The notes under the pieces are model-generated. The model saw only the letters and a program-made list of their open reading frames with translations, was not told the DNA's origin and made no database searches. The position numbers were made by a program, and so were the translations under genes. Below, piece after piece: positions 23,721 through 32,000 of a stretch of DNA of 32,000 bases. This stretch comes from Synechocystis sp. PCC 6803 substr. PCC-P (lineage in GTDB: Bacteria > Cyanobacteriota > Cyanobacteriia > Cyanobacteriales > Microcystaceae): NCBI RefSeq assembly GCF_000284455.1, contig NC_017039.1, forward strand, positions 780,001 through 812,000. Reading direction: 5' to 3'. Each line of letters begins with the position of its first letter. The first letter of the stretch is position 1.

Positions 23721-26639
23721 TCATAGGAATTTAAATTTCCGTAACTCCTCCGCTCCTAACAATAAAGGAGGACAGGAAAGAAGCAGAGCAAACTGCCAAT
23801 TTGTCAGTGGAGTGGTAGTGAAAATAGCTTGGAGAGAAGGAAAATACATTAAAGACAAAATTAACATCCATTCCGTGGCAATGCCAATCCAAATTAAGGG
23901 ATTACTAAACCAGCCTAACTTGAAGGCAGAAGTGCGTTCTGAGCGGCAAGCAAAAACATTTCCATCTTGACAGGCCACAATCACTGCTAGGGTCATGGTG
24001 GTGGCCTGGGCATAGATAGCCATTAAAATTGGATCTGCTGTGTGATGGAGAATACTTGTCGTAACGGCTTGTAACTCAGCTAATCCGTAACCGTAACTTC
24101 CCCAAACTAAGAAAAATCCGGCCATGCCCAAACCCGCTTCAATTATGCCTAGAAAGCAGTAAGCTCTTAACAATAAAGCACGATCTAATAGGGCTTGATT
24201 TTTTTGGCGGGGAGGCAATTTCATCGTTCCGACTTCAGCTTTTTCTATACCCAAGGCTAAGGCCGGAACCATGTCCGTTCCTAAGTCAATGGCTAGAATT
24301 TGCATAATTAGTAATGCGGGGGGAATGTTGAGGAAAATCATTGCTAAAAATGGTACTAACTCCGCTACATTGGAAGCCAAAATGTAAGTTATAAACTTGC
24401 GGATGTTTTGATAAACTGTGCGGCCTTCTTCCACTGCGCTGACAATGGTGGCAAAATTATCGTCGGTAAGCACAATATCCGCCGCTTCCCTGGCCACATC
24501 GGTCCCGTTTAAGCCCATGGCAATGCCAATGTTGGCCGCCCGCAATGCCGGAGCATCATTGACCCCATCCCCCGTTACCGCCACAATCTGCCCCAAGCCC
24601 TGATAAGCTTGCACTAAGCGTAGTTTTTGTTCCGGGGCCATGCGGGCAAAGATAAGACCAGAACGATATTTTAAAATCTGTCGCAGTTGGGCATCGGACA
24701 AATGGGTTAGCCCATCCCCAGTCACTACCCGTACTTTTTCCTTGACTAGACCAATACTTCTGGCGATCGCCTCTGCGGTGAGGCCATAGTCCCCAGTGAC
24801 CATGGTGATAGCAATACCGGCCCCATGACAACGGGCGATCGCCTCAGGCACTTCTGGCCGAGGAGGATCAAACATGGCCACTAAACCCACGAAAATTAAT
24901 TGTTGCTCTAGGGTTTGGGGTGATGCTTCTAGTAAATTTTCATGGTCGGCCCGAACCGCCAAGCCCAATACTCGAAAACCTTCCTTGGCGTAGTGATCAT
25001 TGGCCTCCGTAATTATTTGGCGATCGCCGGAGGTTAGTTCGGTCACCTGTCCGGCTTTTAAAATGGATTGACAACAGCGCAACACCTCCAGGGGAGCACC
25101 TTTGGTAAAAGCCAAATTTTCCCATGGCAAATCATTTCTGCCGGAAGTAAGGAAAGGCAAATTTTCCCCAGCCTTTTGCCAATCCAAAACCACCGTCATC
25201 ATCCGTCGTCGGGAATCAAAGGGCACTTCCCTGCGCCGGGGATAATCTTGCTGGAGTTGTTCTAAATCAAAATCTGCCTTCAGAGCGGCCACCAATAATG
25301 CCGCTTCCGTGGGGTCTCCCATTTCTTGCCAACGGCTGGAACCGGAAGGATGAATCAAATGGGCATTGGAACAAAGAGCGGAACCAATGAGCAGTAATTT
25401 AACCTGTTGCTTTTCATCTTTACCTGGGGGAAAGGTAATTTTGCCCGTGCTGGGATCATAGCCTTCCCCTGGCACCGTTAAGGTTTGGCCATGGTTCGTT
25501 GCCGGAATCCAAAGAGAACGAACGGTCATTTCATTTTTAGTTAAAGTTCCCGTTTTATCTGTACAAATAACTGTAGTGGCACTGAGGGTTTCCACCGCCG
25601 ATAATCGCCGCACCAAAGCATTACGTTTGGCCATCCGTTGTACCCCCATGGCCAGGGATAAAGTCACCGTGGGCAACAAACCTTCTGGCACTAGGGCAAC
25701 AATAATGCCAATGGCAAAAATGAAACTTTCCTTTAATTCCAGATGGGTCACCAGGGACGCCAACACAAACACCAAAACTCCCATGCCAACGGCAATCAGG
25801 GTAATTACCCGCACAATCTGGCTAATTTGGACTTCCAGGGTGCTGGGTTCCCGCTTAACATTGGTGGTGAGATGGGCCATATGGCCAAATTCCGTTTCCG
25901 CTCCGGTGGCATAGACAACCCCTACTCCCCGCCCCGTGGCAATGGTGGAACCGGCTAGGACTAAATTGCGAATTTCCTGGGCTTTAACCGGGTCTTGCAG
26001 TGCCCTTTCCCCCCCATGGACTAAAACTTGACCGCCCCGTTTAGGCACAACTTCTCGAATTTGGGCCGATTCGGCAAAACGAGCTACGGGTAAGGATTCC
26101 CCCGTCATCACCGACACATCAACGTATAAACTATCCGCTGAAACTAAGCGCAAATCCGCCGATACCCGATCGCCTTCTTCCAATTGCACCACATCCCCCC
26201 GCACTAATTCCCTAGCCAGAACAGACTGTAAAGTGCCGTCCCGATAAACTTTTACCTGGGCTGGGAGAACTTTCTTGAGGGTCGCCAGGGCTTTTTCGGC
26301 CCGAAATTCCTGACTAAAACTAAATAAACCATTAATCCAAATCACCGCCCAAATGGCCCAGCCCAACTGCGGCGTACCGGAAACAAAAGCCAGAATGCCC
26401 GCCACCCAGAGCAATAACGCCATGAAATGGGTCATCTGATCAACAAAACGCAACCATAAAGGTCGTTGTACCGGTTCCGCCAGCTCGTTCAGTCCATAGC
26501 GTTGCAATCTTCGGGCCGCTTCCTCGCCGGATAAACCTTGGGGACTCGTCTCCAACCTTTCGTAAACCGCTTCTGGGGCAATAGACCAAACCGTGGTGGA
26601 GGAATTCATCGGTGCAACAAAGATGGTTTTCCATCCCAT
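23721..26639 (-). CDS. P-type (type II) cation-transporting ATPase
   Basis: Motifs DKTGTLT, TGES, MVTGD and TGDGVNDAPAL. The M4 motif VPEGLLPTVTLSLAMG is closest to the Na,K/H,K-ATPase form PEGLLATVT. The start could be ATG 26639 or 26609. Confidence 0.92.
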   Translation of the reverse strand: MGWKTIFVAPMNSSTTVWSIAPEAVYERLETSPQGLSGEEAARRLQRYGLNELAEPVQRPLWLRFVDQMTHFMALLLWVAGILAFVSGTPQLGWAIWAVIWINGLFSFSQEFRAEKALATLKKVLPAQVKVYRDGTLQSVLARELVRGDVVQLEEGDRVSADLRLVSADSLYVDVSVMTGESLPVARFAESAQIREVVPKRGGQVLVHGGERALQDPVKAQEIRNLVLAGSTIATGRGVGVVYATGAETEFGHMAHLTTNVKREPSTLEVQISQIVRVITLIAVGMGVLVFVLASLVTHLELKESFIFAIGIIVALVPEGLLPTVTLSLAMGVQRMAKRNALVRRLSAVETLSATTVICTDKTGTLTKNEMTVRSLWIPATNHGQTLTVPGEGYDPSTGKITFPPGKDEKQQVKLLLIGSALCSNAHLIHPSGSSRWQEMGDPTEAALLVAALKADFDLEQLQQDYPRRREVPFDSRRRMMTVVLDWQKAGENLPFLTSGRNDLPWENLAFTKGAPLEVLRCCQSILKAGQVTELTSGDRQIITEANDHYAKEGFRVLGLAVRADHENLLEASPQTLEQQLIFVGLVAMFDPPRPEVPEAIARCHGAGIAITMVTGDYGLTAEAIARSIGLVKEKVRVVTGDGLTHLSDAQLRQILKYRSGLIFARMAPEQKLRLVQAYQGLGQIVAVTGDGVNDAPALRAANIGIAMGLNGTDVAREAADIVLTDDNFATIVSAVEEGRTVYQNIRKFITYILASNVAELVPFLAMIFLNIPPALLIMQILAIDLGTDMVPALALGIEKAEVGTMKLPPRQKNQALLDRALLLRAYCFLGIIEAGLGMAGFFLVWGSYGYGLAELQAVTTSILHHTADPILMAIYAQATTMTLAVIVACQDGNVFACRSERTSAFKLGWFSNPLIWIGIATEWMLILSLMYFPSLQAIFTTTPLTNWQFALLLSCPPLLLGAEELRKFKFL

Positions 26640-26706
26640 TAGGTATGATTCCCAATCTTACAAAGATTCAAACTTAACTGTTGTCGCCTAAAAAGTTGTC
26701 TCTAAT

Positions 26707-26943
26707 TTATGGCAATGGCCCAATGCGGGATAGGAGCGATCGCCTTTGTAAATGAAGACTGATCAATTCGTCTGCGCCCAAGCTACCGATAATCAGGGCG
26801 GCAAACAATGATCCCATTCTATTGGCCGGGGTGGATAACACCAGAATGGCGATCGCCAGGGCGAGGAAAAATAGACCAAAAAAAGATCTGATTACCAACT
26901 CCTGTTTTGATCTGGTAACTTGTTGGCCGGCGTTTTTTTTCAT
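26707..26943 (-). CDS. Hypothetical small two-helix membrane protein
   Basis: 78-aa ORF with two hydrophobic segments (FFGLFFLALAIAILVLS and LFAALIIGSLG). It has an ATG start with GGGGGA about 9 nt upstream. It sits between leuS and the ATPase on the same strand. Confidence 0.5.
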   Translation of the reverse strand: MKKNAGQQVTRSKQELVIRSFFGLFFLALAIAILVLSTPANRMGSLFAALIIGSLGADELISLHLQRRSLLSRIGPLP

Positions 26944-26970
26944 TGGCGCAATTCCCCCGTAAAATCAGCC

Positions 26971-29589
26971 CTAGGTGATAACAAAATTGACTAATTTACC
27001 CGGTACGACAATTACCTTTTTAATCGTTTTCCCTTCCAAATAACGTTGGGCTAAATCAGAATTACGGGCCAATTCTTCCAACTGGGTTTTATCCGCACTG
27101 GCGGGAACAGTGATAGTTCCCCGAGTTTTGCCTAGCACTTGAATGACCAACGTAATTTCATCTAATACTAGGGCAGTGGGATCCACCTGCAACCAAGCCT
27201 GTTGGTGAATGGAGTCAGTACGACCCAAACGATGCCACAATTCCTCCGTCAAGTGGGGCGCAAAGGGAGCAAGGAGTAACAGCAGGGTTTCAATGCCTTC
27301 TTGGTAAACGGGAAAAGAAATCAAATCCGTCGCCGCAATTAGGGCATTACTGAGTTTCATCATTTCGGAAATAGCGGTGTTGAACTGGTAATCGTCGTTC
27401 AAATCCTCCGCCACTTCTTTGATTGCCCCATGGATAGCCCGCCGTAAATCTTTCTCCGCTTTAGTTAAAGGCTCGTTGGTCACTAAGGTTTCGGGGCGCA
27501 CCGCGAAGCGGATCCCTGCGGGATCGCCAATGTAATCGGTTACTAAGCGCCAAACCCGATTGAGAAAGCGGAATTGACCTTCCACGTCCGCATCGTCCCA
27601 TTCTAAATCCTTCTCTGGAGGGGCTTTGAAAAGGATAAACATCCGGGCGGTGTCGGCACCATATTTAGCCAACACTTCTTGGGGATCCACACCGTTAAAT
27701 TTGGATTTAGACATTTTTTCGTAGAAAACCTGTAGCGGTTCCCCACTGTCGGGGTCCTTTGGATCCTTGGGATCAATTACCTGTTGTCCCGTTTGCAAAT
27801 CCTTGGCCGGCACATATTTGCCCGTGGTGGGATTTTTGTAGGTAATACCCTGCACCATGCCCTGGGTTAACAATTTTTGGAACGGTTCTTTGACGGGAAT
27901 TAACTGGCGATCGGCCAAAACTTTGGTGAAAAAGCGGGAATAAAGCAAATGTAAAATGGCGTGTTCAATGCCCCCCACATACTGGTCTACCGGCAACCAG
28001 TGGGCAACTTTTTCCCCATCAAAGGGCAACTCAGTGTTTTGGGCATCGGCATAACGCAGAAAATACCAGGAAGAATCAATGAACGTATCCATGGTGTCCG
28101 TTTCCCGCCGGGCTGGTTTTCCACAACTGGGACAGGGCACGTTAATCCAATCCTCTAATTTCGCTAGGGGAGAAGGGCCACGACCGGAAAATTCCACATT
28201 ATCTGGCAACTCCACCGGCAAATCCTTGGTCGGTACGGGCACTGCTCCACAGTCATCGCAATGAATGATGGGAATGGGACAGCCCCAATATCGTTGTCGA
28301 GAAATCAACCAATCCCGCAGACGATATTGCACTTTGGCCCGACCATAATCATTATCTTCAGCGAATTTAATAATGGCCTGTTTTGCTTTGGGGGAAGCCA
28401 TACCGGTGAATTGAGCTGAATTAACCATCACCCCCGCTTCGGTATAGGCCACCGTCAAATTCACATCACTGTTATCGGCATCGTCGGGAATAATCACCAC
28501 TTGCATGGGCAAATTATTATCCTGGGCAAATTTGAAATCCCGTTGATCGTGGGCGGGAACCCCCATCACTGCGCCGGTGCCGTATTCGTATAGAACATAA
28601 TCGGCAATCAAAATGGGAATTTCTTCTCCGTTGAAGGGATTGATAGCAATGCCACCGGTTTTAACACCACGCTTGGGTTTATCCTCCGCTGTCCGTTCAA
28701 TTTCACTCTCTTTGGCCACCATGGCGACAAACTCATCCACTGTGCCCTGTTGTTCTGCTGTGGTAACCACCTTGGTTAAAGGATGTTCTGGGGCTAAAAC
28801 CACGTAGGTAACGCCGTAAACCGTGTCCGGGCGGGTGGTGAAAACAGCAATTTTTTCCTGACTATCCTTGATGGGAAATTCCAAATAAGCCCCCACGGAT
28901 TTGCCAATCCAATGGGACTGCATCAGTTTGACCCGTTCTGGCCAGCCCGTTAATTGCTCTAAATCATTCAGTAAAGCTTCGGCGTAGTCGGTGATTTTTA
29001 AGAACCATTGCCGCAATAATTTACGCTCCACCATGGCCCCCGATCGCCAGGAGCGGCCTTCACTATCGACCTGCTCATTGGCCAGAACTGTTTGATCAAT
29101 GGGGTCCCAATTAACGGTGGCTTCTTTTTGGTAGGCCAAACCAGCTTGGAAAAATTCCAAAAACAACCATTGGGTCCAACGGTAATAATCGGGGGCACAG
29201 GTGGCCACTTCCCGTTCCCAATCGATGGAAAGCCCCAACTGTTGCAACTGGGCTCGCATCTGGGCAATATTTTTTTCTGTCCACTGCTTGGGGGGAATAC
29301 CCCGCTCAATGGCTGCATTTTCCGCCGGTAAACCAAAGGCATCCCAACCCATAGGATGCAACACCTGGTAACCCTGCATCCGTTTTAACCGAGCAATGAC
29401 ATCGGTGATGGTGTAGTTGCGCACATGGCCCATGTGGAGGTTCCCGGAAGGATAGGGAAACATGGACAGGGCATAAAATTTAGGCAGATCAGAGGCGATC
29501 GGTGTTTTGTCCAACCCCCATTCAGCCCAGCGTTGTTGCCATTTTTGCTCGATTTCACCAGCGTTGTATGGGGATGCCACGACGACCAA
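26971..29589 (-). CDS. leuS: Leucyl-tRNA synthetase
   Basis: Class I signatures are [11 protein letters not shown] (HIGH) and KMSKSK (KMSKS). The CP1 editing region and the overall 872-aa length are typical of bacterial LeuS. The start is TTG 29589 or GTG 29580. Confidence 0.97.
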   Translation of the reverse strand: MVVVASPYNAGEIEQKWQQRWAEWGLDKTPIASDLPKFYALSMFPYPSGNLHMGHVRNYTITDVIARLKRMQGYQVLHPMGWDAFGLPAENAAIERGIPPKQWTEKNIAQMRAQLQQLGLSIDWEREVATCAPDYYRWTQWLFLEFFQAGLAYQKEATVNWDPIDQTVLANEQVDSEGRSWRSGAMVERKLLRQWFLKITDYAEALLNDLEQLTGWPERVKLMQSHWIGKSVGAYLEFPIKDSQEKIAVFTTRPDTVYGVTYVVLAPEHPLTKVVTTAEQQGTVDEFVAMVAKESEIERTAEDKPKRGVKTGGIAINPFNGEEIPILIADYVLYEYGTGAVMGVPAHDQRDFKFAQDNNLPMQVVIIPDDADNSDVNLTVAYTEAGVMVNSAQFTGMASPKAKQAIIKFAEDNDYGRAKVQYRLRDWLISRQRYWGCPIPIIHCDDCGAVPVPTKDLPVELPDNVEFSGRGPSPLAKLEDWINVPCPSCGKPARRETDTMDTFIDSSWYFLRYADAQNTELPFDGEKVAHWLPVDQYVGGIEHAILHLLYSRFFTKVLADRQLIPVKEPFQKLLTQGMVQGITYKNPTTGKYVPAKDLQTGQQVIDPKDPKDPDSGEPLQVFYEKMSKSKFNGVDPQEVLAKYGADTARMFILFKAPPEKDLEWDDADVEGQFRFLNRVWRLVTDYIGDPAGIRFAVRPETLVTNEPLTKAEKDLRRAIHGAIKEVAEDLNDDYQFNTAISEMMKLSNALIAATDLISFPVYQEGIETLLLLLAPFAPHLTEELWHRLGRTDSIHQQAWLQVDPTALVLDEITLVIQVLGKTRGTITVPASADKTQLEELARNSDLAQRYLEGKTIKKVIVVPGKLVNFVIT

Positions 29590-29704
29590 GATCTCCTAAG
29601 CCCAGTTGATTACAGGCTTGTTAGTATACCATTCTGACTTGGGCCCAAGGTTGTCTGTTAACCATCCTAGACCAGTGACCACGTAGAGATTGAAATTTGC
29701 GATT

Positions 29705-30913
29705 ATGGAAACTATTCAATTCAACATACGCCAGACAATTATTGTCGCAATTTTAGTGCTTTACATTGGTAAATATCTCACTAAAAAAATTAAGTTTTTG
29801 CAGAGTTTTAATATTCCCGATGCCGTTTCCGGTGGAGTGCTAGCTTCCCTGTTTTTTGGTCTCATCTACGGTATTTTTCGCACAGAAGTAGCTTTCAATT
29901 TTCCGATTAGGGATGCTTTTTTAATTATTTTCTTTACCTGCATTGGTCTATCTTCCAAGTTAAAAGTCCTACTCCAGGGCGGCAAACCCCTATTGATTCT
30001 TTTAGCAACAGCGGTGAGTTTTTTAGTAATTCAAAATTTTGTCGGGGTGGGTATGGCTTCCCTATTGGGGCAGGCGTTACCAGTGGGTTTACTCTCCGGG
30101 TCCATTTCCCTGAGTGGTGGCCATGGCACGGCGATCGCCTGGTCTCCGGTTTTTTATGATAACCACGGCATCCGTAATGCTTCGGAAATTGCCATAGCCT
30201 GTGCCACTTTTGGGCTGGTGTTCGGGGGCATTGTGGGAGGCCCCATCGCCAAATTTTTAATTATCCGCAATAAGTTAGAACCGGATTGTGACACTAAAGA
30301 TTTGACCATTGGCATCCGGCGAGATCAGGACAATGTGCAAATTGATTACAACACCATGCTCCACACCATTTTAGTCATTGGCGTTACCATCGGTCTTGGC
30401 TATGAAATTAACGATCTGGTTGCTAAGTTGGGGTTAATGTTGCCGGCCTTTGTTTCCTGTTTACTGGCGGGGATCGTGCTCACCAACACCATTCCCCTCG
30501 CTTTTAAAAAATTCCCTTGGCCGGCGGAAACCCCTTCCCTCGCCCTGATTTCCGACGTTAGTTTGGGACTATTCCTGGCCATTTCCCTGATGAGCCTGCA
30601 ACTCTGGACCTTAGCCGACATTGGCGGAGTGATCGCCCTGATCCTCCTGGTCCAATTCATGGCCACAGTGCTCTACAGCATTGCTGTTGTTTTTCCCCTC
30701 ATGGGGCGTGACTACAACGCAGCGGTAGTTTGCTCCGGTTATTCCGGTTTAACCCTGGGGGCCACCCCCACGGCGATCGCCAATATGACCGCAGTGACGG
30801 AAAAATTCGGCGCCGCTCCCCAGGCTTTCATCGTTGTACCCTTGGTGGGGGCCTTCTTCATCGACATTGCCAATGCCTTTGTGATCCAGCAATTTCTCAA
30901 TTTTCTTGGCTAG
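29705..30913 (+). CDS. gltS: Sodium/glutamate symporter
   Basis: Polytopic, about 400 aa. The GltS-family N-terminus (METIQFNIRQTIIVAILVLYIGKYL) parallels E. coli GltS, and SGGHGTA is a conserved GltS motif. I use ATG 29705 rather than the upstream TTG 29690. Confidence 0.88.
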   Translation: METIQFNIRQTIIVAILVLYIGKYLTKKIKFLQSFNIPDAVSGGVLASLFFGLIYGIFRTEVAFNFPIRDAFLIIFFTCIGLSSKLKVLLQGGKPLLILLATAVSFLVIQNFVGVGMASLLGQALPVGLLSGSISLSGGHGTAIAWSPVFYDNHGIRNASEIAIACATFGLVFGGIVGGPIAKFLIIRNKLEPDCDTKDLTIGIRRDQDNVQIDYNTMLHTILVIGVTIGLGYEINDLVAKLGLMLPAFVSCLLAGIVLTNTIPLAFKKFPWPAETPSLALISDVSLGLFLAISLMSLQLWTLADIGGVIALILLVQFMATVLYSIAVVFPLMGRDYNAAVVCSGYSGLTLGATPTAIANMTAVTEKFGAAPQAFIVVPLVGAFFIDIANAFVIQQFLNFLG

Positions 30914-31176
30914 ATCTATTGTGAAAAAAAGAGGGATGAGGCGCATTATTAACGGACAGCAACAGCCACCCCAACCCGCAGGCTAGAGTGGACTCAGTTG
31001 CCAAAACATGACATGATTCCGTTGGAGCTGAGCTCCTTGGACAGGAATGGAAGCGAAAACAGACCACTTCTTCCCCCAGTTCAGGTAGAGTTTTTCCCCA
31101 GAACCTAATCTGGAGTCAACTTGCTAAGAGAGACCAGCCCGGACAAAACCAATACTATTGCCTAGAAACCGCTCAG

Positions 31177-31500
31177 TTAACGAGTTCCAGCGCCTACAGG
31201 AGTTTTGGTGCTAGGGGTGGGTAGTTGATACTCCCGCAGACTGGGGAATAGAAAATGATTCTCTTCCACATACTGGGCCCCAAACAGTCCCTTCTCGGCC
31301 CAAAAATATCGATCAGTAGTGTGCTCATTTCGTTTTACAATGAGCAAGGCCGGGGGCTGAATTTCGTTAGCTTGGATGTAGCGACGAGCGGCCGTGACAG
31401 GCTTATCCTCGCCGCTTTCAATATTAAACTGAGGAACAAGCTCCAAAATCTTACGACCTTCTTGACGACGACGACTCTTCCGTTTGCGTTTACGTGCCAA
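31177..31500 (-). CDS. Conserved-looking hypothetical protein with a highly basic N-terminus
   Basis: 107 aa with a TTG start 7 nt after a strong AGGAGGT. The N-terminus is MARKRKRKSRRRQEGRK. A near-consensus promoter lies upstream. I believe this matches a small cyanobacteria-specific DUF family but cannot name it with certainty. Confidence 0.65.
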   Translation of the reverse strand: MARKRKRKSRRRQEGRKILELVPQFNIESGEDKPVTAARRYIQANEIQPPALLIVKRNEHTTDRYFWAEKGLFGAQYVEENHFLFPSLREYQLPTPSTKTPVGAGTR

Positions 31501-31557
31501 CCCAGTTACCTCCTATTTCAGCTATATGCTGTAATGATAGTTACAAAAGCCGTGCCG

Positions 31558-31586
31558 ATTATATCCGGTCTAATTCTAAATATCAA
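31558..31586 (-). promoter_or_regulatory. Sigma70-type promoter for the 31177-31500 gene
   Basis: On the minus strand: TTGATA (31586-31581), a 17-nt spacer, then TATAAT (31563-31558). This is about 55 nt upstream of the TTG start. Confidence 0.55.
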
Positions 31587-31723
31587 GCCCCTCAAGCCCT
31601 TGCGGCGCTAAGGGGATCGCTGATTCTAAACACCATTTAGGTAGGGTTTCACCCCCTAAAACTGCCCCCTAGGGCCATAAGTAGACCAATTCAAATCTTA
31701 ATATTTCTTAACATTTCTGGGGT

Positions 31724-31957
31724 CTAGCCCCACCACAAGCCCCATGGCCGGTTCCATCTCATCAATGTATTCCCCCAGTGCTGGGTTAATTTCCCTTTGT
31801 CAGTCACAGGTTCGGCTTTTGCAACAGGGATTGCGGGTGGACTGGTGCGGCGTTTATCTAAATCAAGAAGAAACGGAACAGGGATTGGTGCCGCTGGTGG
31901 TTTCCCATGGTTCAACGCTGGTTGAGTCAGAAAGTTATGGGTTAATAAGTCTACCAC
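31724..31957 (-). CDS. Doubtful hypothetical ORF (Pro/Trp-rich, GTG start)
   Basis: This is the only ORF of at least 60 aa in a 370-bp gap. It has no Shine-Dalgarno sequence and no recognisable motif. Confidence 0.2.
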   Translation of the reverse strand: MVDLLTHNFLTQPALNHGKPPAAPIPVPFLLDLDKRRTSPPAIPVAKAEPVTDKGKLTQHWGNTLMRWNRPWGLWWG

Positions 31958-32000
31958 AAGGAGAGGTGTCTCCCCCGATGGACGATTTTTCTTTGCCGGC

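Noticed and set aside
25576-25914. 112-aa plus-strand ORF (and other 60-90-aa ORFs) antisense to the P-type ATPase
   Set aside because: They are nested in a CDS with canonical P-type motifs and are Arg/Thr/Ala-rich antisense artefacts.
28998-29342. 114-aa alternative-frame ORF within leuS
   Set aside because: It is on the same strand but out of frame with an unambiguous leuS reading frame.
31255-31611. 118-aa plus-strand ORF opposite the basic small-protein gene
   Set aside because: The minus-strand ORF has a consensus promoter, a strong SD and a plausible protein sequence. The plus-strand peptide is low-complexity and lacks translation signals.
31573-31630. Octamer ATTCTAAA repeated 50 bp apart, flanking a CCCCT..AGGGG element
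   Set aside because: A repeat this short is expected by chance in AT-rich intergenic DNA. One copy overlaps the promoter I called. No further structure is visible.
31981-32000. Possible start of a plus-strand gene (ATGGACGATTTTTCTTTGCC) with AAGGAG upstream at the window end
   Set aside because: Only 20 nt of ORF are visible, and the AAGGAG is about 14 nt from the ATG, which is too far for a good SD. It cannot be supported from this window.
1-32000. Scan for tRNA/rRNA genes, CRISPR arrays, IS elements, integrases or phage genes
   Set aside because: I found no cloverleaf-like sequences, no arrays of regularly spaced repeats of 25 bp or more, and no transposase or integrase-like ORFs. The only pervasive repeat is the 8-bp HIP1 palindrome.

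Overview
This window is chromosomal DNA from a HIP1-rich (GCGATCGC) unicellular cyanobacterium. Gene content and order match what I remember of Synechocystis sp. PCC 6803, roughly slr1133-slr1145 and sll1074-sll1082. Those locus tags come from memory, not from a search. Most of the window is housekeeping: argH, a Nudix hydrolase, the ctaC-ctaD-ctaE cytochrome c oxidase operon, a thioredoxin, a DegT-type aminotransferase, leuS, gltS, a P-type ATPase and two uncharacterised radical-SAM proteins. Two regions stand out. (1) On the minus strand, 16187-21650 is a six-gene operon led by a clear guanidine-I (ykkC) riboswitch with its own terminator. It encodes an arginase-family hydrolase, HypA- and HypB-like nickel chaperones and a NitT/TauT-type ABC importer, which reads as a guanidine sensing, uptake and Ni-dependent degradation module. 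I recall this enzyme being characterised in 2021-2022, so it is remarkable but probably not new. (2) About 5860-8067 is a sharply AT-rich, HIP1-free segment carrying one 715-aa KAP-family P-loop NTPase. It sits beside decayed HicA-like and DUF29-like gene remnants, and its stop codon overlaps that of the convergent radical-SAM gene. This looks like a horizontally acquired single-gene island and is my best candidate for an uncharacterised, possibly defence-related system. I saw no tRNA or rRNA genes, CRISPR arrays, transposases or integrases.
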